A stretch of 64,000 nt of DNA from Hypanus sabinus (taxonomy: Eukaryota), in the NCBI RefSeq assembly GCF_030144855.1, contig NC_082731.1:11532001-11596000 (forward strand), in the 5' to 3' direction. The notes below the pieces were generated by a model. That model saw only the letters and a program-made list of their open reading frames with translations. It did not search any database and was not told the origin of the DNA. Of the stretch, positions 1-12,974 are shown one piece after another. A program made the position numbers and the translations under genes. The first letter of the stretch is position 1. Each line of letters begins with the position of its first letter.

Positions 1-246
1 CACTGTTCCACTCCTCTGCACTGACTTTCAGTTTGGTGACGATGACGAATTTACTTCCCCTCCACTCTGGACCGCGAGTCTCTACTCCGTTCATTCTCCG
101 ACTCCCATTTACTCGCCAGGAGACTGTGACATTCTCTAAATCTGTGTAAACCACTTCGCACACAATTGTTGCTCTCCGACGCATCCAAATCTCTTCAAAG
201 GAAGGCTTTTTTATGATGGCATTAATGTCAGCCTCATGGCAGTCTT
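1..246 (-). CDS. IgNAR: IgNAR constant domain C4 exon, 5' part (truncated by window edge)
   Basis: Not in the ORF track; hand-translated. Acceptor ctcttttttcccag (AG at 248-247), phase 1: (E)DCHEADINAIIKKPSFEEIWMRRRATIVCEVVYTDLENVTVSWRVNGSRRMNGVETRGPEWRGSKFVIVTKLKVSAEEWNS. Closely resembles shark IgNAR C4 as recalled (DC..DI...KPPFEEIW..ATIVCE.VYSDLEN..WQVNG). Confidence 0.93.
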
Positions 247-1599
247 CTGGGAAAAAAGAGGGAATGGTTATATTCATTCTGCGATGTTCAAGATGTGGAT
301 TGTAACAACTATAGCCAGATCACAGTAGCTCATATTCCCACTTACTATGCATTTCTCTGTGACTTTTTTCTGCTTCCATAATAGAGCTATCCTTGCCTTA
401 TCAGTCTGACTCCTTTGTCTTCCTTGTCTGATATCCTCATTGACTCTCCCGATTATTGATACCACAGAGCAAACAGTACACTGACATGACTTACAGTAAG
501 TACTTTCTCCTATTCAGGGATGGAAATGTTCACTTTCAGATCTTCAAAATACTGAGGGAAAACGTGGCTTCTTTAAAAGATACTCACACAAAATCAGCAA
601 AAGATTAGTCTTCTAGTCCCCAATGTGATTCTAAAGTAAGTTGTTCGAAAAGAACAATTAAGCGGAATGTTATACTTAGTTAAACCTGCAGCACTTTCTC
701 CATTATGGACAGAGTAGAACACTATTCTAAATAAGAAAACAAAATATAACATTCTAATAAATTCTAATGAAGAACACTGTTGTGTGGTTTGCATTCAATA
801 CCTCATTACTTTATGAACTGACTGACTGCTAGCTCTTCAATATTTTCTGTCATATTTTGTGGGAAATAGGAAAATTTACCAGTAACATGGAACCGAAGCG
901 GCCACGTTGACTCCGTAGGTTACCACGTGCCATAAAAATTACTGGAACCATGCATTCGCAGGGAGCGTTTGCCACTTAATTGATCTTGATAATTATAAAA
1001 GTCTACAGCGCTGTATGATCCAACGCCTGCATTATTTACTACCCAATGGATTCCAGAAAAAATAAAAGCTGTGGTATTAAAATACAGTAACATTTGGAAG
1101 AGTAAATTCAGTTTCAAGGATGTACGAGCCTTTAGTATTTCTGCTTTATTACTTTTGTTTCGAACTCTCGATGCAACTGGTAAGTCCATTGTTTACCTGT
1201 CTTGCATAGAAAATATGAGCTATTTTCCTGAATTGCTTTAATGCTTCTAGTGACTCATAATTTTCACAGCTGTTGGGTAGCGAGTTACAGGGTATAAGCC
1301 CATCGAAACTGAAGGGAAAGTGCTATACTCTACTTCCAAGTGAGACCCGCGTATTTGAAGCCCCAGTCCATCATGGTATTTTGTGTTTGGGTGTTACTAT
1401 CAGTGTAGCTCAGGTGAATAAAAGCAGTCCACTTTGTGCATGTTAAACAGTACAGCAACCATGTACCAGAAATGAATGAAATAAGGGTTTACGGCCCTAA
1501 AAGCTGTGGTGAACAGGATATCACGGTGATCGATACTGGCGCCACGGATGCTCTGAATCTATTTCAATGATATTACTGGGGGATGTACTGTAATATGTC

Positions 1600-1860
1600 T
1601 GTTTACTGGGAATACAAGCTACGTGGCATTGTGGGTTGTGGGAAAGATTTTGGGACAATTTGGTGGGATTTAGACAAGATAAGTAAATTTGCAAGAACTT
1701 AGCAGACTGAATGTAACGTGGAAAACGTGAGGATATCGACTTAGGAGAAATAAATATGACGATAGTAAATTTTATGAATGGTCGGAAACTGGAAAATGTT
1801 GGTGCTCTGGGTGGTCCGAATGTTCTTGTGCATAAACCATTGAATGTGTGGAGAAGACTG
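1600..1860 (+). mobile_element. Degenerate CR1 LINE RT fragment
   Basis: Decayed match to the CR1 RT segment 'LQ.DLD.L..WA..WQM.FNV.KC' (gatttagacaagataagt...gcagactgaatgtaacgtggaaaacgtgagg). Confidence 0.5.
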
Positions 1861-3494
1861 TTACAATTGTCCGGATCTTATGTCATAGAAATCTCACTTT
1901 GCAGTCAGTGCCAACCTTAGGATGTGATATCGATCTTCCCGCAAGAAGACATGGGCTACTTCATTTGATGAGGCTTTGTGATTAGATTTGTCCAATATGC
2001 TTGCATAAACGACCATCTGTGCTTATCATGGAAAGGAGTTCATTCATGAAGCACCTGAAGCGTACTAAACTGCCCTAACCATCTAATACGATGACGTCAT
2101 TCTGCTTCTATAATTGATTGTCATCATTTTCTTTGGTGCAATTTCTTTGGCTCTGACATTTGCCAACCAACAAAACAAAGCCAGGATAGCGTGACGCTAT
2201 TACCGCTCGGAGCGTTCTGGAGTGCGGAGTTTAATGCTTGTGCTGTTCTGTAAGGAGTCTCTACGTTCCTCCCGTGGAATGCTCGGGTTTTCCCCAGTTG
2301 CACCAGTTTCTTCCCAGTCAAAGAAAAACTTAACGGGTTGGTTAGTTAGGGTCATTGAGAAGCATAACTGGCCTGTGTGTGTATCGGAATGGAATACATG
2401 GAATTGCAGAGGCATGAGAGAGGAGCTTGTCCAGATAGATTGGAAGAGGATACTTGCGGGGATAACGGCAGAGCAGAGATGGCTGAAGTCTCCGGAATAA
2501 TTCCACAAGGCGCAGGATAGATATGTGCCATAGAGGAAGCAGGTCTCAAATGGCAGGTGTAGGCAACCGTGGCTGACAAAGGAAGATAAGGACTGCGTAA
2601 AAGCGAAGGAAACGGCATATAAGGTAGTAGGTGAGTGGGAATTTAGATGATTAGGAAGCTTTTAGAATCAAACAAAAGATAACTAAAATAAAAGCTATAA
2701 GAAGGGAAAAGGTGAAATATGAGGACAGGCTAGCCAATAATATAAAGCAGGATATTAAAAGTTTTTTTTTATTATATAAATAGTAAAAGGGAGGCGAGAG
2801 GTAATATTGGACCATTAGAAAATGAAGCTGGTAAGGTAGTAATGGGGAAAAAGAAATGTCAGATGAACGTAATGGGTACTTTGCACCTATTTTCACTGTG
2901 GAAGACACTAGCAGTGTGCCAGAGGTCCATGGGCATCAGGGAGCAGGAGTGAGTGCCATTGCTATTACAAAGGAAAATAGTGCAAGGCAATCTTAAAGGT
3001 CTTAAGGTACGTAAGTAACCTAGGTCAAATGGTTTACATCCCAGACTCCTGAGAGAGGTTGCTGAAGAGATAACGGATGCATTGGCCATGATCTTTCAAG
3101 AATCACTTGATTCTGGCATGTTCCGGAGGACTGGAAGATTGAAAATGTCACTCCACTCTTTAAGAAGGGAAGGTTATAGGCTAGTTAGCCTGATTGCAGT
3201 GGTTGGGAAAGTGTTGGAGTCTATTGTTAAGGATGAGGTTTCGAGGTGCTTGGAGAATGATGATTAAAATAATTCAAAGTAAGCATGGTTTCAGTGAAGG
3301 GAAATCTTGCCTGACAATTCTGTTAGAGTTCTTCGAGGAAGTAACAATCAGGGTGGACAGAGACGACAGAGTGGATGTCATCTACTTGGATTTTCAGAAG
3401 GGGTTTGACAAGGTGCCACACATGAGGCTACTCAACAAGATAAAACCCAATCTCGTTACCGGAAAGCTGCTGGCATGAATAGCTGACAGGCAGG

Positions 3495-4145
3495 TGTTAC
3501 GAAGGATGGGCTCTGATGGGCAGAAGGGGGCAAGGTTGCCCATGTCCCCCTCCCCTGGGAGAATTACAAACCGTTACTGTTGCCAGGCTGTTAATCAGAG
3601 AGAAAGAGATGGAACAAAACATACTGGGACTTGAACATTTGCGTCAGACAACAGCGAGATAACACCGGGGGAGGGAGACCATATTATGACTCCTGTAAGA
3701 CTCACGGCTCCGGAGAGGGCTTTTTACTTGGTACTATTCTGTTCATTAAAATTCCTCAGTGGACAGCCGGAGTGGGCTGGTTTGATGGGCTAAGCCATTC
3801 AAAACTGATTGACATCTGAGACCCCGTGAGTAGGGATAAAATTGAGGTCTGGGGAGACACCCCTCAGACGCACCAAGAGACACACTAGTGAGCACTGTTT
3901 AAGTTTTGGAACCCATGAGAAAAGTGTGGGGCATCGGAGACCGAACGAAGGATCGGTCAATTTGAGCTCGCAGTGATTATAGTGAGGCCGGTGGGGTTTG
4001 TGTGTGTGTCCACTCTTGCCTGGGTGACGAGTCCACCATAGAAGAACAGTCTGGCTAAAGGACAGAGGGGTCATACCTGAATGGCCACAACGACACATCG
4101 ACGGATCAAGATCGTAAAGGAAGGTTTGACTGGCTGTCACTGTTT

Positions 4146-4205
<60 letters not shown>

Positions 4206-4497
4206 AATTACAACACATCGACCAACAACTACCTCAGCCTGTATGAACTGAACTGGACTTTATACACACATAGGACAATTCATTATCCCCTACACAACGA
4301 TAGAGCTTGTTTATTATTGACTATTATTATACCCACACTTTTAGGTTTATTATTGCTCACGTGTATTATCTGTATATTTGCATTGTTGATATTGATTTGT
4401 ATATTTTACTAATAAACACTGTTTTGAAAATAGTACCAGACTCCAATGGATACTTCTATTTTTGCTGGTAAGACACCCAGTTACGGGGTATGTAACA
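3495..4497 (+). mobile_element. Solo LTR (about 1.0 kb) with a 4-bp TSD
   Basis: Ends TGTTAC...GTAACA, TSD CAGG at 3491-94 and 4498-4501, AATAAA near 4410, no coding capacity. Confidence 0.88.
4148..4201. repeat. (CT)n microsatellite inside the LTR
   Basis: Perfect CT run of about 54 nt. Confidence 0.97.
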
Positions 4498-5934
4498 CAG
4501 GAGTGAAATGGAATAAAAGGATCCTTTTTTCTGGTCGGCTGTCGGTGACTAGTGGTGTTCCTCAGGAGTCAGCTTTGGGACCACTGCTTTTCACATTGTT
4601 TGTCAATGACTTAGATAATGGAATTGATGGTTTTGTGGCAAAATTTGTGGATGAAGATAGGTGGAGTGGTAGGTAGTACTGAGGAAGCAATGCAATTGCA
4701 ACAGGGCTTAGACAAATTGGATGAATGGGCAAAAAACTGGCAGATGGAAGACAGTGTTGGGAAATATATGATAATACATTTTGGTAAAAGGAACAATAGT
4801 GCTGACTATTATCTAAATGGGGAGAGGTTTCAAATATCAGCGGTGCAGAGGAACTTAGATGTCCTCATGCAAGACTCCCAGAGGGTTAATTTACTGGTTG
4901 AGTTTGTGGTAACGAAGACCAATGCAACGTTGACATTTATTTCGAGGGGAATAGAATATAACAACAACGAGTTTGCGCTGTGCCGTTAGAAGACACTATT
5001 CAAGCCGCACTTAAAGTATTGTAAAGAGTTTAGGGCCCAATATCTCAGAAAGGATGTGTTGTCATTGAAGAGAGTCCAGAGGAGGTTCATGAGGGTGATT
5101 CCAGGAATGACGGGTATGGCAGCTATAGGACTGTACTCAGTGGAATTTAGAAGAATGCGTGTGGATCTCATTTAAACCAACCTAATGCTGAAAGGACGAG
5201 ATAGGGTAATGTGGAAAGGATGTTTTTTATGGTGAAGGTATCGAGAAATAGATGGCACAGCCTCAACATTGGTGTGCGACCCTTTAGAACAAAGGTTAAG
5301 GAAGAATTCTTTCAGCTAGAGAGTGGTAAATCTGTGGAATGCTCTGCCACAGACTGCAGTGGAGGCCGTCCGTGCATATAGTCAAGGCGGAAGATGATCT
5401 TTCCTGATTGGTAGGGGCATCAAAGGATATGGTTAGAGGGCAGGCGTATGGGGTTGAGTGGGATCCGGGATCAGCCATCATGAGATGGCGGAGTAGACTT
5501 GATGGGCTGAATGGCCTGATTCTGTTCCTCTATCATGGTTTTTTGGTCTTACTGTAAAATTGATGCGCAATTAGGTTAGGGTTAATCAGGGATGTGCAGC
5601 TTTTGGGGTGACGTGGCTGGAAAGACAGAAATAGCCTACTCCATGCTGTATCGCTAAACGAATGTTCACTGTATAATGGGATCTAATGGTCCAAGTAATT
5701 GACTAAACTATGTTGACCTTGCATCTTCCTGTGAATTACATTTCAGTTTCTCCATAAAACGGCTATGTCAGAAATCCCCAAACCCCCGTAGATTGTCGTG
5801 GATGATATCCCGTCTTATTGTGAGATCCAGGCAGCAGACCATCAACACCATGCGAGAGACAAAAAACTGACATTCCTCAGGTTGAAAGAGTTCCAGGCCA
5901 CGGCAGATTGCTGCTGATGGTACGGAGTGTTTCA

Positions 5935-6550
5935 ATACTTATTTAACTAATCGTGGAATTGAATTTAGGTGCCGAGAGGTAATGTTGCAGCTGCATACGA
6001 TCCTGGTCAGACTCTACTTGGAATACTGTGATCATTTCTGGTCACCTTACAACAGAAAGGACGGGGAAGCCATAGAAAGGGTGCAGAGGAGATTTACAAG
6101 GACGTTGCCTGGATTGGGGAGCATGCCTTATGAGAATAAGTTGAGTGAACTTGGCCTTTTCTTCTTGGATCGATGGAGGATGAGAGGTGACCTGATAGAG
6201 ATGTATAAGATGATGGGAGGCATTGATCGTGTAGATTGTCAGAGGCGTTTTTCCAGGGCTGAACTGGTTGCCACAAGTGGACAAAGGTTTATGGTGCTGG
6301 GGAGCTGGTACAGAGAGATGTCAGGGGTAAATTTTCTACAGTGGTGAGTGCGTGGAATGGGCTGCCGGCAACAGTGGTGGAGGCAGATACGATAGGGTCT
6401 TTTAAGAGGCTTTTAGGTAGGTACATGAAGCTTGGTAAAATAGAGGGCTGGAGGTAAGCCTAGTCATTTCTAAGGTAGGGATATTTTCGGCACAAAATAT
6501 CGGCCGAAGGGTCTGTATTGTGCTGCAGGTTTTCTATGTTTCTATGATTC
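5935..6550 (+). mobile_element. 5'-truncated CR1 LINE, 3' end
   Basis: LQLHTILVRLYLEYCDHFWSPYNRKD..IERVQRRFTR..LRGDLIE; (TTCTATG)n-type tail. Confidence 0.88.
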
Positions 6551-7302
6551 ACTTCAGTTAGTTGGACCAACATTTCTTTATTTATTCTAAGATATAGGGC
6601 AGAATAGGGCCATCCGGCCATTCGAGCAGCGCCGCCAGCAACTCCTGATATAACCCTCGCCTAATCACTGGACAATTTACAACGATCAATTAACTTACTA
6701 ACCGGTAAATATTTAGACTGTGGAAGTAAATTGGAGTAATAGGAGGAAATCCAGGCATTGCACAGAGAGGACGTACAAAATCCTACAGAGGATGTTCCAC
6801 CCAATAATTCACGCAAAACACATCGGAGTCTCATTGCTAAACCATCCCTCCGTTACCTGTGAGTTGTTAGTACGCTACTTCTTATGTATTGATTATATCC
6901 ACTTGTGCTTAAACACGTCTGCTTACAAGGGTGGTCCATTAAACAATCTTCTTAGAATATAATCAGAAATACCAAGAATGGTCTCCATTCATGTTGTCAT
7001 TGATCAATTAATGTCCGGAAACATTCCTTCAGCTTTACTCATTTAGCTCCTATTAGTGAGGCAAATTAATATTATAATGCAGTTTGTCTTCGCAGATTTA
7101 ACAGAGATCCGTTTGCCTCTCACGAATTTTAGCTGACGTTCATAATGTTATTTTAGCGGACCATCAGAGAGGTCTGATTACTACTATAGGACATTACAAT
7201 CATCGTTCCACTCTGCTCATTGCAGGCGGTTGATGCAGTTTATCTCTTCTCTGGGATGTCGGACACGGACTGGATGTGTGTATTTTGGCACACTGTACTT
7301 AC

Positions 7303-7620
7303 CTTTCGAGGTCCTGATGTTTGCTTTCACAGTAGATTTTGAAGGTGGGTGCGTGACGACACAGGAGTATCTTGCGTCCTTCTTCCAATCGGCTGCAGTC
7401 AAGTAAAGGAGGCTTCTCGTGCTGAAGGTCATGTCATGTTGAAGTGCCGTAGAGAAGCTGGTAGCGTTCGAGTAGAACGCGGCTCCATCCTTCTGCCACA
7501 AAACGGTTATGTCATCGGGGTAGAATCCTGTTATCATGCATGTGATCGTAGCGATACCCGCAGTTTGAATCTCCTCTGGAGACGGAGGCAAGAGGCGTAC
7601 CTTTGGTTCCAATGGTTTGG
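7303..7620 (-). CDS. IgNAR: IgNAR constant domain C3 exon
   Basis: Acceptor ttcttttgcag, donor G|GTAAGT, 318 nt, phase 1. (A)KPLEPKVRLLPPSPEEIQTAGIATITCMITGFYPDDITVLWQKDG...FSTRSLLYLTAADWKKDARYSCVVTHPPSKSTVKANIRTSK; C1-set Cys/Trp/Cys and IgNAR C3 motifs LLPPSPEEIQ, FSTRSLL. Confidence 0.96.
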
Positions 7621-8019
7621 CTGCAAAAGAAGTCAACCAGTATTAATCTCCAAAAACTATCTTTCCGAAATGTGGTTGCAATGAAACAGTGCAAATACTC
7701 AGCTGGACTTGTAGGATCTGCGGAGAAGAAATATTGCTCCCCTTTCTATTTGACAAGGTTTCTATCAATACGCTTGTTAATTTGTTTAAGACTTCATGGT
7801 GAGCAGCCTACTTGTTAGTGAGCTGCTAAGGGTAATGGTAACAATTACTTTCTGTTCGGAATTATGCTACGTGCGGCGTATCACAATACTGTGATCTTTG
7901 TTGTTTGTGATAGAAATTTCGATTTGCATGTGCTTATCGGAAATATAATTCCTGACGTTATGGTTGCTGAATCGTGAGGTTTGCGGTCTAAACCTGTGAG
8001 ACGACACAGATCAAATAGA

Positions 8020-8730
8020 CAGTTACACGTGCGGCGGCAGATGAACTTTAATGGCGTAATATTAAGATACGTTTATGAGCAGAGTGATATTGGAATTCAG
8101 GTCCATAGTACCCTAAAGTGGCAGCGCTGCTAGGTGCAACGTTGAGAAAGGAACACTTCCTAGATCGGGGTTTAGCATGTGAAAGCTGGGAAGTTCTGTT
8201 GTAATTTTACCAAACTCTCGTGCACTCGCGTTTGAAGCACGTAGTTCAGTTCTGGTCGCCACTTTATAAGATGAACGTCATTGCGCTGGAAAGAGTGGAT
8301 ATGATATTCAACTATATGTAAACTGGATTGGAGAACCTCAACTAAGGGAAGCAACTAGATAGGCTGGGCTTGTTTTCTCTAGAGTGAAGGGAACTGAGGT
8401 GTGACCCAATAAAACCAGATACAATTATTAGTGACAAAGATAGGCTAAATTGACAACATCGTTCCTTATTACTAGACTATGAAATCCAAAGAGAGCATAT
8501 GCTTAAGTTAAAAGAGGGAGCTTTAGGGAAATGTATTTCAAAGTAAATTGTAGAAATCTGGATAGTGCTAGATGTGGATGTGGTCACTATACTGAGAACG
8601 TATTTGGATGATCACAGAAGTACGAAAGACATTTAAAGAATTATTTTCTGTTAGTGCACATTGGATTGAGATAGATATGAAGCAGCTTTTAACATAGGTT
8701 TCAGAGGGCCAACAGTATTTCTGTGTTGTG
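8020..8730 (+). mobile_element. Degenerate CR1 3' fragment in the C2-C3 intron
   Basis: Decayed 'LEY.VQFWSP..KD..ALE' and 'LEQLGLFSLE' segments; CR1 3' UTR. Confidence 0.7.
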
Positions 8731-9316
8731 TGATTTTATGACTCTACGACGATTGAGTGCGCAGGCACAGGGATACCGATATTAGAATGCCTGACCCAAA
8801 TCTCCAGAAACCTGGATTCAGTATTGAACTGTTCTTCTGAATTTTATATGGTTGTCGTGTGACTGCGCGCGTTTAATTTATGTTCTTCAATTCCCATGTC
8901 GAAAAGCATGAAGGTACTAGCTACGTTGACTGCTATAACTTATTCTGGATGTGGAGGTGGAGAGTAGACTCTGTGAGGAGTTGTTGAAACTACAAAGTAA
9001 TTTTAAAAATGTACAATTCCTTAGTGCTGATGTGCACTCGGTTTTACTGGGCCGAATTTGACTGCTCCTATGTTCTAGGACCATATGTCTCCAACATTTC
9101 GGTTAACAATGTTTTGGGGGAATTTTACCGGTGCCCTAATTGTCGCAACGCCCGTCTTCCCCTGAATTATGTATTGCCATACGGCTCTACCGGAGGACAA
9201 CTCGCTCACCATCATGCCTGTTTTCCTCTGCAATCTGCTGCCTGACATGCAACAGTTTCTGTTCCTCTTTCTGCATCTACACTACTTTGCAGTACGATTG
9301 CTCTTATTGCACCCAC

Positions 9317-9619
9317 CTTTTGTGTTTTTTGTCCGTTTTGATAACGGAGCAGCTAACTGCTTGTCCTGCACCGAGCAGGAGTATTCTACCCCGCTGTCCC
9401 ACTCTGCAACGCTGCTGGTCAAACGGCTGGCTGTCATGTACTGGCTTCCGATCATTGTTGCCTGTCCTGTTTGAACACCATCAGCCCTTTTCTTTCCACT
9501 CACTGTCCAGGAGATGGAAACCTCAGCTGGAGTCGTGGCGATCACTTCACACACCAGTGTGGCAGTTTTGTTTATCCACATTTCTTCAACGGTAGGATCT
9601 CTGAGAAATAATGCGAAAC
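9317..9619 (-). CDS. IgNAR: IgNAR constant domain C2 exon
   Basis: Acceptor ttttttgttctag, donor G|GTGGGT, 303 nt, phase 1. (G)FALFLRDPTVEEMWINKTATLVCEV...WTVSGKKRADGVQ...SRLTSSVAEWDSGVEYSCSVQDKQLAAPLSKRTKNTK; IgNAR C2 motifs LRDPTVEE, SRLTSSVxEW. Confidence 0.96.
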
Positions 9620-9734
9620 CTAGAACAAAAAATTGGAAGGATGATTTAATTGATGACGAACCTGAAACTTAGCAATTATTTCAATTTAATAATAAAGAAG
9701 GGTGAAGGGACGGGTACATTCAGACTTTCCCTGA

Positions 9735-10608
9735 TGTTACGGATTCAAGCAACAATAAATATATGAGTGAGGCAGGGGTTTTTATAACAAATAGAACATT
9801 TATTAAACACTGAAACAAACCCCCAAAAGTAAGCAAACCACTCATGTAAACGGAAATCAGCTGCTGTGCGGCAGCTTAAACAGTTCTTAAAGCAAGGAAA
9901 CTTAAACAGTTCTTAAAATGATGTTGCAAAAACAGTTCTTCAAAGTAGTATTGCAAAAGTTCAAAATGCTTACAGTCCATTTAAGGGAGAGACTTTTTAA
10001 GACGATTTAAATTCTCCTTCTCGTCGTCTTGCTGCAATTCCCACTCGAACTACTTTTCCCACGAAGAATTTTACGAAGATGAAATGTAACGACTTAAAGG
10101 CACTGACCTTTCCTTTACAAAACTGTACTCAAGCCTTTCTGCTATTCACAGGGATTAACACGAGCACAGTCAACGGATTCCTTCCAAATGAGGATCCAAG
10201 GTCCAACCTGTTTCACCATCGAAATCGACTTTCCTCGATCTTTTAACTCCCGAACTCCGATCTTCACTCTCCACTAATTCTCAACTAGCAGTATTATAAA
10301 GAAACTGCTGGCAATGACCTTTTAAACTTTAGGCATTAAATAAGACTTCATCTTTCAACTAAACTGCGTCATAACGTTAAATCACGCAGTGGCATGAAGT
10401 CAGCATGGGAAATCCAGCCATGAACTACCCCTCCTCACAGGGAGGGGCCCTCCTTTTATACCCTGTAAAAAAGTCCTTTCACATGACCTCTACTGGCGGG
10501 AAAATGACATCACTCCACCATAACAAGACCATTATCTCAAGTCCAGTATAGCTTCAACACCTGTCACGTGACAAGTACACCACTATCATGTGTCACGGGT
10601 ACGTAACA
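9735..10608 (-). mobile_element. Solo LTR (874 bp) in the C1-C2 intron, same orientation as IgNAR
   Basis: Ends TGTTAC...GTAACA, TSD CTGA at 9731-34 and 10609-12; minus-strand TATAAAA (10460-54) and AATAAA (9804-9799). Confidence 0.88.
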
Positions 10609-11345
10609 CTGAAAAGACGACAGTGATAAAATACCGGAGTGGGGAAGGGGTCAGTGGCTTGTGGCAGAATAGCCAGAGGTATGGAGCTAGCCGAGGGACG
10701 ACAGAACACAGAAAGCTAGATTGTGGAAGCGAATATTAGATGGAAAAAGGTGGCAAAATATGCAGCGTCTAAGGTCATTCCATGTATTTAGAAGGAATGA
10801 AAGACCAGGTTAGCACAAGGTTTATCTGTTTGAGTCTTTCGGTGGTTGACTCGACTACTTTCTTCCTTTCAGTGATTTCTTTTCCACACTTTTATTATTG
10901 CATACTGATTCCAGCCAGAGTTATAACATATCAGTAAAATTTAAAGTGCAGCGAAATTTAAAGAGGATCACAGACGATCTTTCATGACCCCTTGCCAGTG
11001 CTTCCCTTTTATGATGCCCGGATTCCTTAGAATTGTTTCGGATAGACAAATCCTATTCTATTAACGTGATCAGAAATCAATATCCACTGATGCAACATGA
11101 CATATTGTGACCACCGTTCCCAAGATTTATTTGGAATTCTTAGCTCTGATATTTCATGTTTGCTGCCTAAACGTTCAGAAGCACATTCCTGTCTTTCTCT
11201 TACCCAAACTCTATATTGACAAGCATCTCAATATTTACTGGTATGGTTCTTTTTAAACCGTGTTGCTAAATTATCACAACCCAGTAACTAAAACTGAGGA
11301 TGAAAGTGGAAATATTTCACTTGTAAATTGGGAACTCCCTCTCAC

Positions 11346-11663
11346 CTGATTTTGTTCGTATGTCTTTGCGGATGCTCCTGCCCGTTGCAGAGTGGTATAC
11401 TTGGCACGAGTACACAGAACCACTGGCCCATTCATTCAGCGGCACTTTGAGCACACTTGCTGAGGTAAACGTTCCATCTGATGTTTTCGCCGGAGGACTG
11501 GTGATAATGCCAGAATATACGGCTTGTCGGTTTTTCTGCCAGTTCACTGCGATGTTTTCAGGTATGTATTCGCTGATGACACAAATCAATTCCACAAAAC
11601 CCTGTGCCTTTTGTTCGTCAGTTGCAGAATAGATATTGACGGTTGGTGGCATCGGTTGCCTTG
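11346..11663 (-). CDS. IgNAR: IgNAR constant domain C1 exon
   Basis: Acceptor gtttttgttaattttag, donor G|GTGAGA, 318 nt, phase 1. (A)RQPMPPTVNIYSATDEQKAQGFVELICVISEYIPENIAVNWQKN...LKVPLNEWASGSVYSCQVYHSATGRSIRKDIRTKS; IgNAR C1 motifs SATxEQ, PENIAV.WQKN, KVPL.EW..GSVYSCQV.HSAT. Confidence 0.96.
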
Positions 11664-12054
11664 CTAAAATTAACAAAAACAAAATAATTACTTCTGCTGT
11701 TCTGGTTAGACACTTACTACTATCCTGCAAAATATTCATCTTCAGAAACATAGTTGAAATGATTGGATCAATTTTACTTTGTTCTTGGTGACAACGTGTT
11801 AGGCATAAGACAGCTGAAATATTCCTTACATCAAGAGCTATGATAGCGCTTCTAAGACATTTTGGCTGAAGGGGTGTCTCAAGCTGCAGTATTTCCTTCA
11901 GTATAGTGATATCAGAGCTTGCAGTTAATAATTCTTGTACCTTGAATGGTACTTTGAAATTTCGTTTGATAAACTCTTGGCCGTTTCAAAGGTGCTCACG
12001 AAGCAACACAGAGAAGAAAGATTGAAAATCTAGCTGCCAGAATAACAATTTTTC

Positions 12055-12900
12055 ACTTAATGTCAGCAACACCAAGGAGCTGATTATTAACTGCAGGAGG
12101 TGAAAACCGCGGGTCCTCATCTTGAGAGAGAATCACCAACTTCATTTTCCTCAACGTTATCATTTCAGAGGACCTATCCTGATTCCACGCTTGTAAGTGC
12201 CATTGGAAAGATAATGTAGCAACGCAACTAAGAAATTTGAGAAGATTCAGCATGACACCTAAAACTTTGACAAACTTATGTAGATATGCGACAGAATATA
12301 CCATTGGAAATACCAACGGCCTTGAGTGGTAAACCTACAAAAAGGTCGGGGTTACTGCCCAGATCATCACGAGTAAAGGCCTCCCACCATTAAGCACATC
12401 TATATGGATCGCTATCACAGGAATGCAACATTTATCTTCAAGTACAGTCACTATCCTGGTCACACTCTTTTATCGCTATCGCCTTCAGAAAGGAGGCACA
12501 GAAGCCTCAGGACCTCAGATTCAGAAACAATTATTACCCCTTCAAAATCAGGTTTTTGAACTAGAAAGGATACCTTCACTAAATTCTTTCACACTGATAC
12601 TGAGCCTTTCCCACAACCCACAGCTCACTGTAAAAAAAGAATAATCTCAGGTTGTCGATGTTTATTGTTTATTTATTTATTATTGTTAATTTATTTGTTT
12701 TTTTATTGATCTGCAGAGTTGGTGTTCTGCCCATTGGTTGTTCATCTTGATGTGCACGGGGTTTCATTGTTTTTTTTTATTCTGTTCAACAGTATCGATG
12801 AAATTCATTTAATGTGAATGCCTGCAAGAAAATTAAATTCAGGCTTGTGTATGATGACGTATATGTACTTTGATTATACTTTGAACTTTGTATTTTGATG
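12055..12900 (+). mobile_element. Rex1/Babar LINE 3' fragment (degenerate)
   Basis: LNVSxTKELII.., FKFLGV.ISEDL.W and T.RFRNS-like segments with stops. Confidence 0.7.
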
Positions 12901-12974
12901 ATCATCTTGTATGTAATACTCGCAATAAACTATTATTGCAAAGTTTATTAAAAGGCGATCCTATCTTAAACATC

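Larger units (their letters stand above)
2230..5550 (+). mobile_element. CR1 LINE (frameshifted ORF2), interrupted by a solo LTR at 3495-4497
   Basis: Fragments FQESLDSG, HGFSEGKSCLT..LEFFEEVT, YLDFQKGFDKVPH, SGVPQESALGPLLF..FVNDLD..AKFVD; CR1 3' UTR gatgggctgaatggcct; the sequence resumes across the LTR. Confidence 0.88.

Noticed and set aside
594-1189. Hydrophobic ORFs and a cryptic acceptor (AG at 728-727) in the C3-C4 intron as TM or alternative exons
   Set aside because: No Ig TM (CART) motif in any frame; the phase-1 splice gives an immediate stop; TM exons are expected 3' of C5.
7217-7302. C3 donor read-through tail (..EEINCINRLQ-stop) as a secretory tailpiece
   Set aside because: The donor is a consensus GTAAGT, the tail does not resemble Ig tailpieces (no N-x-S plus penultimate Cys), and there is no nearby polyA signal.
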